Positions 25,884-36,016 of a stretch of 64,000 bases of DNA are shown one piece after another (position 1 is the stretch's first letter; each line of letters begins with the position of its first letter). Source of the stretch: Candidatus Kaiserbacteria bacterium. GTDB taxonomy: Bacteria; Patescibacteriota; Minisyncoccia; Phycocordibacterales; UBA2100. A program made the position numbers and the translations under genes. The stretch is from the NCBI GenBank assembly GCA_023267655.1, contig JAHFMV010000001.1:95954-159953 (forward strand). Reading direction: 5' to 3'. Under the pieces are notes generated by a model. The model saw only the letters and a program-made list of their open reading frames with translations. It was not told the origin of the DNA and made no database searches.

Positions 25884-26168
25884 ATGTCTGAAGTCAAAGC
25901 ACCAATCTATTTTCTTCCAGAAGAAAGTATAGACACGATAGCAAAGGGGATTGCATCACATATCGTCGGTGTCGCCTCAATCCTCATCGAGGTGCACGGT
26001 CTGGAAGTGAAAATCGAAGAGTACGTCGATTCACTCCCGGAACATGAGCGTGAAAGTGCTCGCAAGTCAGCGTATCCTTCGCTCGCACACTTATTGGCAG
26101 AGAAGGCGCTGCAAATTCTCGACCGGCAACATGCCGAAACCATGTATTCGAGCGAGAAGAAAGACTGA
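25884..26168 (+). CDS. Hypothetical protein
   Basis: MSEVKAPIYFLPEES... with GGAG SD, filling an intergenic gap. Confidence 0.5.
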   Translation: MSEVKAPIYFLPEESIDTIAKGIASHIVGVASILIEVHGLEVKIEEYVDSLPEHERESARKSAYPSLAHLLAEKALQILDRQHAETMYSSEKKD

Positions 26169-26209
26169 TGACCATCACGGGTCCGCTCGAGGAATTCGGC
26201 GGACCCTAT

Positions 26210-27604
26210 TTAATGCCCGCTGGAATCCCAATCCTTACTCACGCTTTTGAAGGCAGAAAGTTTTTCTTTGAAAATCTGCTTGATTGCTTCGAGCGATTCA
26301 CTGGTCTTTGCTTCGAAACGGAGAACGAGCGTTGGGGTGTTAGACGACGCGCGCACGAGGCCCCAGCCGTCGTGCATATAGACACGTGCGCCGCTGATAT
26401 CGACGACTTTGTAACCTTCCTTTTTGAAAATATCCACAAGCTCGTCGGTTATTGCGTACTTTTCTTCGTCGGTCGTCTTTACTTGGATCGTCGGCGTGGA
26501 AACGTAATATGGTGTGCCGGCGATTTCTTCTGAAAGCGTACTCTTTTGCTGCGACAAGTATTCGAGCAATTTGAGGCCTGCATAAAACGCATCGTCGAAT
26601 CCGTAGAAATCATCGCCGAAGAAAATGTGCCCACTCATCTCACCGCCGAGCGCTGCATTTTCTTCAGATAATTTTGCTTTGATATACGAATGGCCTGTTT
26701 TCCACATGATAGGAACGCCACCGTGTGCGGCGATGTCTTCTGGGAGCGCTTCGGAGACTTTGACGTCAAAGACGATCTTCGCGCCCGGATGTTTCGCCAG
26801 GACGAGGCGCGAGAGGAGCATCATGTATCGATCTGGCCAGACGATCTGGCCTTTTTCATCCACCACGCCGAGACGGTCGCCATCGCCATCAATCGCGATG
26901 CCGATGTCGCATCCGTTTTTCAAAACCTGCGCGCCGGTGTCCTGCATCATTTTCTCGCCGTCAGGATTTGCGGTGTAGTTCGGATACGATGGATCGACGT
27001 TGGTGAAATGCTCGACGACTTCGCATCCGGCCGCGCGGAATAATTCCGGCGCAAAAAGTCCCGCAGTGCCGTTGCCGGTATTCACGAGGACTTTCAGCGG
27101 TCGTGCAATTTTTGTGCGACCGACGAGATCCGCGATGTAGGCATCTTTCACATCTTCTTTTCGCACCGTACCGACGCCGCCGGCATAATCTTCCTCCTCA
27201 ATAAGTGTGTAGAGGTGGCCGATATCAGCGGGTCCAAGCGTGTTTGATAAATCCATGCCCAATTTGAGTCCATTCCATCCGGCCGGATTATGACTCGCGG
27301 TGATCATGCACAGGCCTTTTGTCTTAAAATGGTACTGTGCAAAATACGACATCGGCGTCGTGACGGTGCCGATGTCGATACAATTGATACCGCTTTCGAG
27401 GAGCGCTTTCAGTGCCTGCGCGTGGAAACTTTCCGAGGTAGTGCGCGCATCATGCCCGACGATACATTCGGTAATCTCCTTATCGCGGAGCATTTTGCCA
27501 AAGCCGCGTGCAATGTGATAGATAGAATCTTCGTTCAACTCGTCGTCCGTCTCTTTACCGCGAATATCGTATTCGCGGAACATCGTCTTTTTCAGCTGCG
27601 CCAT
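26210..27604 (-). CDS. Phosphomannomutase/phosphoglucomutase
   Basis: FREYDIRG, ITASHNP, DGDGDR, GEMSGH, RASSNT. Confidence 0.95.
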   Translation of the reverse strand: MAQLKKTMFREYDIRGKETDDELNEDSIYHIARGFGKMLRDKEITECIVGHDARTTSESFHAQALKALLESGINCIDIGTVTTPMSYFAQYHFKTKGLCMITASHNPAGWNGLKLGMDLSNTLGPADIGHLYTLIEEEDYAGGVGTVRKEDVKDAYIADLVGRTKIARPLKVLVNTGNGTAGLFAPELFRAAGCEVVEHFTNVDPSYPNYTANPDGEKMMQDTGAQVLKNGCDIGIAIDGDGDRLGVVDEKGQIVWPDRYMMLLSRLVLAKHPGAKIVFDVKVSEALPEDIAAHGGVPIMWKTGHSYIKAKLSEENAALGGEMSGHIFFGDDFYGFDDAFYAGLKLLEYLSQQKSTLSEEIAGTPYYVSTPTIQVKTTDEEKYAITDELVDIFKKEGYKVVDISGARVYMHDGWGLVRASSNTPTLVLRFEAKTSESLEAIKQIFKEKLSAFKSVSKDWDSSGH

Positions 27605-27707
27605 GGCGCACACTGTACCATATTGTGCTTTCTTCGTACTTATGTCATGAGTACTCTTTAGTACCATGGTCTCAACATGGATACATGCCAACCAACACGT
27701 GCGTTCG

Positions 27708-29072
27708 CTAGAGCGAAATATTGACTTTAATCTTGTTTGAGCCGCCGTCGCCGTCGTGACTATCGTTGCCCTCATCGGAAGGGAATATCTGCACGGTCGG
27801 CGGGAGAATGTTTTGCACTTTAATGTCGCCGGTTGCCGAAGTACCGTTGTGAATTTCAACTTTTATCGAAGCTGGCGCTGATATCTGCACCGTCGTTGTC
27901 GCCCGGAAAGATGTTGATGCTTTGATATCGGTTGCGTTTTTGCCACGTCCACGATCGTTGTTGCGGCCGTTTTGCGAAAAGCGCGAGTGGGCTTTGGCGA
28001 GCGTTGGTGCCGCTTTGAGGAGCACGTCCATCTTTTCCGTAATGACTAGCGCGTCTTGAAACGAATGGAATGCAACAGCGATCTCGTCATTTTCGAGTTG
28101 TGTATCACCATCCGCGAGAAGTCCTTGCACCTGCGTAAACTGGTCTTCGGCCCGCGCTTTTGCGTTTGCATCGAGATCAGTATTTGCCTCGACTGCCGCG
28201 CGGACGCTATTGAATTTACTATTCGCCGCATCGTGCATGCGAAGCGCGGCAGAGCGGCTGACTTCTTTTTCTGCACTTGTCGCCGCCGTGTCTTCAGTGG
28301 TGTCGGTTGTCGCCGTTTCTTGCGGTGAGATCGCCTTTGCAGCAAATGAGAGAGTCGCTGCCGCTGGTGCCGCGGCAACGGTTGCAATGACATTGTCGCT
28401 CACCGATGCGTTTTCTTCGGCGCGTGTTCGGATCGCGGCGATTGCGCGTCCCGCATCGTGGATAGCGTTTGAAAGGTCGGCGGTGTCGGCGTTGTCGTCC
28501 GACTGCACTTCGGCAAGAACGGCGTCGTGTGCGGCGAGACGCGTCTCAAAGCGCGAAGCGATTTCGGCCGCGGCAGGGGAATCAGTATCGTCGGTTTTCT
28601 GGATGTTGTCGGATGCGGCCGTTGCGTGGGATTCGAATGCTACCGCGAGATCCTGTTGTGTTTTGCTATCGAGGCGGCCTTCGGATGCGAGCGCTGCGGC
28701 TTCATCAATGCGACGCTCGGCAAGATCGATCTGCACATTGGCTTTTGCCTCCGCGGTGGTCGCGAGTGCGATGCGGACGGGTTCGTTGATGTATGTTTTC
28801 ACGGCGTAGAGCGAATCACCGGGGAGGGCATTTTCTGCAGCGTATGAAATGCCGGTGCCGCCGACTAGCACGAGGACGAGCGCCGCAGCAAGCGGGCGAT
28901 GGGCAAACGACAGCCATGAGTACGAAATAGAAACCGAATAACTCCGCGGCGTGCGTAGTGGCTTGTGCGCGACGTACTCGTTGATAACTCGCGACATCTT
29001 CGCGCGTTCATCGGCCGAAAGTGAATATTCTCCCCCGGCTGTTTCGATTAGTTTCTCAAAATTTTGACTCAT
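27708..29072 (-). CDS. DUF5667-domain membrane protein (putative anti-sigma partner)
   Basis: TM helix then ALPGDSLYAVKT..E..R motif; overlaps the stop of the ECF sigma gene. Confidence 0.8.
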   Translation of the reverse strand: MSQNFEKLIETAGGEYSLSADERAKMSRVINEYVAHKPLRTPRSYSVSISYSWLSFAHRPLAAALVLVLVGGTGISYAAENALPGDSLYAVKTYINEPVRIALATTAEAKANVQIDLAERRIDEAAALASEGRLDSKTQQDLAVAFESHATAASDNIQKTDDTDSPAAAEIASRFETRLAAHDAVLAEVQSDDNADTADLSNAIHDAGRAIAAIRTRAEENASVSDNVIATVAAAPAAATLSFAAKAISPQETATTDTTEDTAATSAEKEVSRSAALRMHDAANSKFNSVRAAVEANTDLDANAKARAEDQFTQVQGLLADGDTQLENDEIAVAFHSFQDALVITEKMDVLLKAAPTLAKAHSRFSQNGRNNDRGRGKNATDIKASTSFRATTTVQISAPASIKVEIHNGTSATGDIKVQNILPPTVQIFPSDEGNDSHDGDGGSNKIKVNISL

Positions 29073-29635
29073 ACGATTTTTGTGTTGTCCGTGTGCAGGC
29101 TTGGCTTGCACAGTTCACGAAGTTTGTGGGTGCCGCGATGGATGCGGACGGATACTACGTTTTCTGAAATGCCGATCATGGTGGAAATTTCTTTGGGGCT
29201 TAGGCCATCAATATATCGCATCGTTATCACATCGCGATAGGTGTCGGGGAGTTCGGGAATATGTGCGCGGATTTCTGCAAGCATGCGAACCTCGTCAAAT
29301 GATTCCTCCGTCTCGCGCACCGAACCTTCGGAAAGTCGAGCCTCCATCGCACCCGTATCGTTTTCAAGTATCTCGTCAAGCGACGACGATTTCTTTTTCC
29401 GGTATTCGTCGATGATGAGGTTGTTAAGAGCGCGGTACAGAAATGCCTTGTACTGTTCCACAACGCCACCGCCTTGCACATAATCCCACGTCTTGAGGAA
29501 TGCATCCTGCACGAGATCAAGCGCGCGTTCGCGGTTGGAAATGCGGAACGCGGCATGACGAAACAGTGCGTCGGCATAGTGTTCGTATGCCTCTAGATAC
29601 GCGCTTTCTGTCGCTTTTGCACGGGTGTCTGTCAT
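29069..29635 (-). CDS. ECF RNA polymerase sigma factor
   Basis: DLVQDAFLKTW region 2; LPDTYRDVI..RYIDGLSPKEI...VSVRIHRG region 4. Confidence 0.92.
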   Translation of the reverse strand: MTDTRAKATESAYLEAYEHYADALFRHAAFRISNRERALDLVQDAFLKTWDYVQGGGVVEQYKAFLYRALNNLIIDEYRKKKSSSLDEILENDTGAMEARLSEGSVRETEESFDEVRMLAEIRAHIPELPDTYRDVITMRYIDGLSPKEISTMIGISENVVSVRIHRGTHKLRELCKPSLHTDNTKIV

Positions 29636-29702
29636 AGAAGACGGGTTGGGTAGCTGCACCTTACTACTTTCGATGCTTCCCAGACATTTATTCTAATCGC
29701 AA

Positions 29703-29734
29703 GGCGGCTCGTTTCCTAGAGGAAACGAGCCGCC
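29703..29734 (-). terminator. Strong hairpin after the DUF5666 gene
   Basis: ggcggctcgtttcct-ag-aggaaacgagccgcc. Confidence 0.55.
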
Positions 29735-29752
29735 GCCGCTCACGAGTGAGAA

Positions 29753-30490
29753 TTAATGATTCCAGAAGTGAACCCAGAAGTTGCCACGGAACCAGCCGCG
29801 CATCCAGCCATTTCCACCGTCGTGATCGTCATCTTTGTGACTCTTTGTCGTTGAAGCGACATCGACAGCCGTCGCGCTGAAGATTGTCGATGATGCATTG
29901 AACATGCCCATCAAGCGAACTTTTGCGTTGAGGAAGAGGTCAGCAAATCCGCCTGTCTTGCCATTAACCGAGAACTTTGTCGAACTACCGGTCTGCACTG
30001 AAGTCGTGGCATTACCGTTCACAACCGTGAACGAATTCAGCGATGTGTTAATCGCGCTGACAGTTCCCTCAATGTGTGCCTTCGCTTGCGTCTTTGACCA
30101 ATCTTTCACCGCCTTCGCTTTTACCGTGAGGCCGCTGACTGACTGATCGATCGCACCGCGAAACGAGATCACATCACCGACCGCGATATTCGCAAGTCCT
30201 GATACGCCGCCCTTCGCAGCGAATTCAGTGTTGCCGTCGGTCTTCACGAGCCAGTTCATAACAGATGAACCAAACGACGTGTTCGCGCTAACATCCGAAC
30301 CGGAAACTGCCGTGACCTTTGCACCTTCTACTTGTGCATTTCCACCGGCACCGATGTGGACATCAATCCCCGGAAGGGAATCCGCATGCGCCATGCCCGC
30401 AAAGGCAAGGATCGTGAGAGCGGAAAGAGCCCCCACAACCATCGAGCTAAGAACGAGAGGAGTAAGAGAGAAACCATGTGTTTTTTGCAT
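29753..30490 (-). CDS. Secreted DUF5666 (OB-fold repeat)-like protein
   Basis: Signal peptide ending AHA; repeated GxVxAI...T..T.F...I.VGD.I...G units. Confidence 0.7.
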   Translation of the reverse strand: MQKTHGFSLTPLVLSSMVVGALSALTILAFAGMAHADSLPGIDVHIGAGGNAQVEGAKVTAVSGSDVSANTSFGSSVMNWLVKTDGNTEFAAKGGVSGLANIAVGDVISFRGAIDQSVSGLTVKAKAVKDWSKTQAKAHIEGTVSAINTSLNSFTVVNGNATTSVQTGSSTKFSVNGKTGGFADLFLNAKVRLMGMFNASSTIFSATAVDVASTTKSHKDDDHDGGNGWMRGWFRGNFWVHFWNH

Positions 30491-30704
30491 AGGTTTGAGA
30501 GCCAATTATGACTAATGTCGTACGGTGGCTCTCGTATATGAAGACGAAGTAGGGCACCACGGACTTTCCTTGACAATTTATCGTAGATTCGTCATAGTAA
30601 ATCTACTATCGAGCGTTTCGGTAGTCTCGGACATAGGGCTCAGCCTTCGGCAAACGAGTACCGCACCGAGCGTTCTTCATCAGGTCAACGACGGAGAGTG
30701 TCAC

Positions 30705-31835
30705 ATGACCGTTAGGATCCCTATCCGTATCCTCGATGCAAACATCCGCAAGTCGACATCGAACAAGGAGCGGACCATCTTGCGAGGCGTCATTCATCCG
30801 GAGAGTCTCAGTGCTCTCCAGGTGGACGACTATCAACGTGAGGCGCAGCAGCCATCGTCGCTCATGAGTATTATTGAGGCCCTTGAAGAGGGCGAACCGC
30901 TTCAGAATCTGGATCTCGGAATGCGCGGTGAAAAGTATCAGATCCGCGACGGCATCTTTTATCTGCAGGACCCGACGTTCATCATCGACGGTCTGCAGCG
31001 CGTGACGGCGACCAAGCTGTTCATGGCGGATAATCCTGACGTGCCGCCTGCGTATTTGGGCGTGACCATCTACTTCAATACCACTCACGAGTGGGAGAGG
31101 GAGATGTTCATCACCGTCAACACCAGGCGACGCCGCGTATCCCCCGACAAGATTATGTTCAATCGCCGCGAGACAAGCGAGGGTGTGGGCATGCTGTACA
31201 AGCTCTGCAGTGATCCCAAGTTTGCACTTCAGGATAAGGTGGCATGGTCGCAGAACAAGGGCAGTAAGTTTGTGGGGGCTTTCAGCCTTTGCAAACTCAT
31301 GTGCGTCCTGCATGTTCACAAGGTCAACGGCCTGTCGAACGACAAGGATGTCGTTTGTGCGCATCTCGATCGCATCTTGGGCGACGTGGGCGTCGGAGTC
31401 ATGCGCGATAATGTGCGGCTGTTCTTCGATCTGATCGACAGCACCTGGGGGTTGAGGAACCTCCAACACTACCAGAAGGCGCCACACATTAAGTTCGGAT
31501 TCCTCTTCGTCTTCGCGCGTTTCCTCTCGGATCACACCGAGTTTTGGAGGAGCGACGACAAGCGGTTGTTCGTGGATATGCCGCTCCGAAAGGCGTTGCA
31601 CAAGTTCAATGTGCACGAACCGATCCATGCGAACCTCTGCGGTGCGTCGGGCAAGGCGCTTGATCAGCTCTACGACTACCTCGTCGATGACTTCAACAAG
31701 GGCAAGCGTGGAAAGCGTCTGCGTCCCCGTCATGCGCACTTCGTGAGCATGGCCAGCAAGGATATGGCGTCCGGCGCAATCGATCCTTCCGATCCGTCGC
31801 AGGAGGATTTGCCTCCGGCCGAGGCAGCTGAATAG
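30705..31835 (+). CDS. ParB/Srx-like DGQHR (DndB-like) domain protein
   Basis: YQRE ... IIDGLQRVTA ... EREMFITVN..RRVS; GGAG SD. Confidence 0.7.
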   Translation: MTVRIPIRILDANIRKSTSNKERTILRGVIHPESLSALQVDDYQREAQQPSSLMSIIEALEEGEPLQNLDLGMRGEKYQIRDGIFYLQDPTFIIDGLQRVTATKLFMADNPDVPPAYLGVTIYFNTTHEWEREMFITVNTRRRRVSPDKIMFNRRETSEGVGMLYKLCSDPKFALQDKVAWSQNKGSKFVGAFSLCKLMCVLHVHKVNGLSNDKDVVCAHLDRILGDVGVGVMRDNVRLFFDLIDSTWGLRNLQHYQKAPHIKFGFLFVFARFLSDHTEFWRSDDKRLFVDMPLRKALHKFNVHEPIHANLCGASGKALDQLYDYLVDDFNKGKRGKRLRPRHAHFVSMASKDMASGAIDPSDPSQEDLPPAEAAE

Positions 31836-31856
31836 TCGTGACCGAATAGCAAATAA

Positions 31857-31892
31857 GAGGGGCTGTCCTTGTGATGGCCCCTTTACTTTTTA
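31857..31892 (+). terminator. Intrinsic terminator
   Basis: gaggggctgtc-cttgt-gatggccccttt followed by a T-rich tract. Confidence 0.55.
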
Positions 31893-31962
31893 ATGTTGTA
31901 TGGTATTTTGAGATTGGACTGCACCTTGACATAGGCTCTAACGCAACAGAAGGTCCCTGACG

Positions 31963-33471
31963 ATGCCTAACCTCACCATAACCTGCGAGCAGCAAACACT
32001 GCGACCCATTATCCCTGGCCTCGAAAAGCATATAACGCGCCTTGCGGCGCATATCAAACTCGAGTGCGAACTTGTCCTCACTCCAGTCGAAGCGAGGAAA
32101 AGCGGTGCACACACGCAAGGTCTCCATACTCAAGCCTACGAGCAGAATGATGCCGAACCGGCGGTCTTGCTCCTCTATCAGTCATCCGAAGACAACTGCT
32201 GGCTCTGGCGACTGCGTTTTCCGAGCGGCACCGATGCCCAGTTGATGTATGGACGTCTTGGTATTGCGATCGAAAAGGGTCAACACCTTGTGGACGCGAA
32301 AAAGATGAATGGCCATGCAGGTCACATCTCGCCTGCAAGCTCAGCATTGTTCAGTGACGAGCAACTCGCAACATCGGCAAAAGCTATGGAACGTTCCGTG
32401 GGTCAGGGTGAGATAGCGAACCTCATCGTCGTCGAACTCCGCAACGGTCTTGGTAAAGACCAGGTGGAGTTCAGTGAAGCATATGCGCTCTCGCGGTTGC
32501 TACGCGCTGATTCCCACTACAAAGGGGACACGGCTCGTGTTGTGTTGCGAGCAATTACCAATCGCTTGTTGGTAAATAGCAGTCCTGAAAGCGGAATGTA
32601 CCGTTTTGGCGCACGAGGTAATGAAATCCTTCAGGCATATGACCTCGAACAAGCGCGTCAGAAAGCTCAGGAAGATGCAGAAGCTGCTGAGGCGCGCAGA
32701 CGCGCTTCGACTGTTTCTCCTGCACGCATCAAGTCGCCTGATTGGGTTGACGATGAGTCTCCCGACGATCAGGAGGCGTCATTACAACGGGCGTCAATGT
32801 TTACGCAAAATCCTGACAATGTGGCGCTCTCCCTGCGTTTCATCTGTAGCCACGGAGATTGGTCAACAGATGCTGCGCCCGTGCTTCGACGCGGACATGC
32901 ACTCGACAAAATCGTTCAATGCTCTCGAGAAACCTTGAGCAGACGAGATGCCGGTCGCGTACTCAAGACGTTCTCCAGGCGTGGGTATTTCGAGTATTAC
33001 AATGAGGGTGACCTCATCCAAATCAATCCAGCCGGTATCGCAATGGCTCGTTCCTGCAGGATTGGTGACGTTCCCGCTTGGGCAAGACCTTTTCGGGGGG
33101 ACGCGGCACAGATCAATGTCAAAGAGAAGACGCCCGCGACTCGGGCAGAGCCTGTTCGAGCCCATTCTACGCCGGTCGTTGAAGCTGCAGAGGTCACTAC
33201 GCCAAAGGTCGGACCGGACTATATCCGCGATCTTACCGCTCGTGTGGCAAAATTCGATGCCGCGACAAAGGTCGTCGAGACCGCAGAAAAAAGAATCGGC
33301 GAGATTAACCAGGAGCTCTCGGAATTGGAAACCAAAACAGCGATTCTGAAGGCAGAGCGACAGAGTCTCGCGACGAGTCTGGTCGAGTCGAGAGTAACGG
33401 TGGCGGACTCGCAATATCAGCAAGCCGTAGAAGAGCTGAAAAGCATCAGAGCGATGCTCGAGTTGAAATAG
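31963..33471 (+). CDS. Hypothetical protein with possible winged-helix segments and a C-terminal coiled coil
   Basis: 502-aa ORF; heptad-rich C-terminus (AEKRIGEINQELSELETK). Confidence 0.75.
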   Translation: MPNLTITCEQQTLRPIIPGLEKHITRLAAHIKLECELVLTPVEARKSGAHTQGLHTQAYEQNDAEPAVLLLYQSSEDNCWLWRLRFPSGTDAQLMYGRLGIAIEKGQHLVDAKKMNGHAGHISPASSALFSDEQLATSAKAMERSVGQGEIANLIVVELRNGLGKDQVEFSEAYALSRLLRADSHYKGDTARVVLRAITNRLLVNSSPESGMYRFGARGNEILQAYDLEQARQKAQEDAEAAEARRRASTVSPARIKSPDWVDDESPDDQEASLQRASMFTQNPDNVALSLRFICSHGDWSTDAAPVLRRGHALDKIVQCSRETLSRRDAGRVLKTFSRRGYFEYYNEGDLIQINPAGIAMARSCRIGDVPAWARPFRGDAAQINVKEKTPATRAEPVRAHSTPVVEAAEVTTPKVGPDYIRDLTARVAKFDAATKVVETAEKRIGEINQELSELETKTAILKAERQSLATSLVESRVTVADSQYQQAVEELKSIRAMLELK

Positions 33472-33480
33472 ATTGAAACG

Positions 33481-33510
33481 GGGTGGTCTCGCGCAGACCA
33501 CCCTTTTTTT
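33481..33510 (+). terminator. Intrinsic terminator
   Basis: gggtggtct-cgcgc-agaccaccc-ttttttt. Confidence 0.8.
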
Positions 33511-33583
33511 GTTTGATAAACGATGGTAATCGTAGTACTATGTCGTCGGACTCGCAGTCACACTGAATCGGAAAGGTCGTATC

Positions 33584-34345
33584 ATGGAACCGGCACTAGA
33601 TCTCACGCGTGGCACTGCAAAGGAGTGTCTTGCACATTACTTTGCGACAGAGTGGAATGGGCACTCACGAATTGCTCTCGCACATCTTGCGGGGTGCCAC
33701 ATCAAGTCAGTAGGGGGATGGTCTCGAGGTACGACTATTCCTAAAGGTGAAAACCTTTTGCGTGTCACGCACTACCTTGCACTCCTTGGCTATAGTGTCG
33801 TCGAACTCGACCGCATAGACCTCGACGTTCGGCGCCTTGGCCAGATGATTCTGCTCGGGATTCGCACGATACATGATCTGGCGGATACGTTGGAGTATAG
33901 TGGCACCACCGTCGCTGAGCGGCACAGTGAGTTATATCGGATTCTTTTGCGCGGTGGTGGTATGACCGCAAAACGTGCGCAGCAGGTAAAAATACTCGTA
34001 TCCGAGCACGCTGGTACACTTGAGTCTGCGCTCGCCGAATTCGAAAAAAAACGACCGCGTGTTCGAAATCAGTCACCCACATTTCCGCCAGGGCTTTCTC
34101 CGGGTCAAGGCACGTCGCCGAGGAGAATTCCAACGCAGGTGAAAGTGCAGGGGAGCACTGCACGTGATGAAGCGAGCAACAATGTTCAGGTGAGCATCGC
34201 GGCCGGACTTGTTCAATCGCTTTTACAACATGTGCAGCGCTTCGCGAATCACGATAAGCAGCATCTAGAGGCATTTCGCAAGCGCTCGCCAGAAATGCGC
34301 GAGCTCGGAGAATATTTGCTAGCTATTGCTTCGAAGACGATCTGA
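33584..34345 (+). CDS. Hypothetical protein with possible N-terminal HTH
   Basis: RIALAHLAGCHIKSVGGWSRGTTIP resembles an XRE-type HTH; followed by a hairpin. Confidence 0.65.
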   Translation: MEPALDLTRGTAKECLAHYFATEWNGHSRIALAHLAGCHIKSVGGWSRGTTIPKGENLLRVTHYLALLGYSVVELDRIDLDVRRLGQMILLGIRTIHDLADTLEYSGTTVAERHSELYRILLRGGGMTAKRAQQVKILVSEHAGTLESALAEFEKKRPRVRNQSPTFPPGLSPGQGTSPRRIPTQVKVQGSTARDEASNNVQVSIAAGLVQSLLQHVQRFANHDKQHLEAFRKRSPEMRELGEYLLAIASKTI

Positions 34346-34430
34346 TGCAGAGGCGGGGCCACATCGGTCCCGCCGTTTCACTTTTCATATAAATGTGGTA
34401 CTATATTTCCGGGTAGCAAGCGAGGATGTG

Positions 34431-34580
34431 ATGGTACAGCGTAGACGAAGATCGCGACGTAAGAAGTATCTTCAACCACTAGCAACCGCGAGCGTGTTGC
34501 TCTCAAAAACGAAACGGCAAGTCTTTTGGGCGGCAGTATATGTTGCCGAGTGCAGACGTCTTTTGAGGAGGAAACAATGA
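34431..34580 (+). CDS. Small basic protein (49 aa)
   Basis: TGgTACTAT -10, GAGGA SD, MVQRRRRSRRKKY..., then gggccg/cggccc-tttt terminator. Confidence 0.4.
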   Translation: MVQRRRRSRRKKYLQPLATASVLLSKTKRQVFWAAVYVAECRRLLRRKQ

Positions 34581-34657
34581 GGGCCGATCGAACGGCCCTT
34601 TTATATTTCCTCCGCCTCGAAATTGGCGAATTCGACGTTTTAACAACAAGTTAATGC

Positions 34658-34697
34658 GCCGAGAGGCCGCAGTGCTTTGCACTTGCGGCCTCTCGGC
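34658..34697. repeat. Strong GC-rich hairpin in a long intergenic region
   Basis: gccgagaggccgca-gtgc-ttt-gcac-t-tgcggcctctcggc. Confidence 0.6.
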
Positions 34698-35034
34698 TTA
34701 TTCGATACGTGGCGTGCTCTCTGGCTCTGCCGCGACGAGTAGATGATGTGCATCCATACGCTTTTTGTTACCTTTTTAACACTAGGCTTCTGCGCTTGCT
34801 CGAGGGAGCAGCGCGAAGAACAGCATCTCTGTGCACATTCTAAAATTGTGCCGGTGAAGCATGTATGAATTCATCGTGCACCAACAGCTCGGACAGACGC
34901 GTATAAATAATTGCCACGGCGATGAAATAAATGTCGAGGCTTCCAAGTTCTAGGCACTTGGAAAAACCAAAAGACGCACCAACGTGCGTCTTTTTGGCGT
35001 ATAGTAGGGAGACGCTCACGCGCCCGCTTTGCCT

Positions 35035-35613
35035 ATGTCCCTCACCGATTCTGAACTCGTGCTTTCCTATCGGGAAGGCGATGACCAGGCGTTTGAATCA
35101 TTGATTGCGCGGCACACCGATGCGATCTTCGCATATCTCGCGCGGCTCACGGGAGATCGGGAAGTCGCCGCCGATCTTACCCAAGAGACATTTGTGAAAG
35201 CGTGGAAAAATCTTGCCCGATTTCGAGAGAGCGAAAATTTTAAAACATGGGCCTTCACGATCGCACGCAATTCGGCATACGATTGGTTGCGCAAAAAGAA
35301 ATCGGTTGTCTTCTCGGCACTGGATGGTGAAGAATTTTCATTTGCGGACACGATCGCGGATACCGAGCCGCTCGCAGACGAGGTCCGGATCCGTTTCGAA
35401 GACGCGCATTTTCTTGAAAAACTTCTCACCGGCCTTCCCGCCGATTCGCGCGAAATCTTGCTCCTCCATTATGTCGACGAGATGACGTTCGATGAAATAG
35501 GCCGGGTGCGAGGGGAGCCTTTGAATACGGTAAAGAGCCGCCATAGGCGCGCCCTCATTGCACTTCGCGAACAGGCCGCGGGCACCAAAGGGAGCCCCAA
35601 TGACGTACAATAG
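35035..35613 (+). CDS. ECF RNA polymerase sigma factor
   Basis: GDDQAFESL, DLTQETFVKAW, TWAFTIARN, NTVKSRHRRA. Confidence 0.93.
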   Translation: MSLTDSELVLSYREGDDQAFESLIARHTDAIFAYLARLTGDREVAADLTQETFVKAWKNLARFRESENFKTWAFTIARNSAYDWLRKKKSVVFSALDGEEFSFADTIADTEPLADEVRIRFEDAHFLEKLLTGLPADSREILLLHYVDEMTFDEIGRVRGEPLNTVKSRHRRALIALREQAAGTKGSPNDVQ

Positions 35614-35617
35614 ATGT

Positions 35618-36016
35618 ATGACCGATTTCCGGCAGATTTTTCATAAGCTCCGCCCGCTCATCGCTCCGATGGGTCTCAAGGCGGCTATTGTGGCGCGGAT
35701 TCGATTCGAAGAGCGCCGCGTTGCGCGCCGTGCAGTTTTCATTACGACGCCGATCCTCGCCTTGTCGTTTGCAGGACTCGCATGGGGCGTGACATCCGCG
35801 GCAACGTCTCTCGCGCATTCATCGCTCGGGCAATATCTCTCGCTCGCGGTTTCCGATCCGATGTCGGTCGCTGCGCTCTGGCAATCGTTCTCGCTCACGA
35901 TCATTGAATCATTGCCGATCTTCGCGCTTACGATTATCATCGGCGCACTGGTGGCGCTTCTTGCGTCTGCATTTGTCGCTGCGCATAACGTAAAGCGGGC
36001 GTTTTCTTTTGCATGA
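35618..36016 (+). CDS. Membrane protein, putative anti-sigma factor
   Basis: Directly follows the sigma gene; two hydrophobic segments. Confidence 0.65.
   Translation: MTDFRQIFHKLRPLIAPMGLKAAIVARIRFEERRVARRAVFITTPILALSFAGLAWGVTSAATSLAHSSLGQYLSLAVSDPMSVAALWQSFSLTIIESLPIFALTIIIGALVALLASAFVAAHNVKRAFSFA

Noticed and set aside
30606-31739. 377-aa antisense ORF
   Set aside because: Shadow of the codon-biased plus-strand DGQHR-like gene; no motif or SD.
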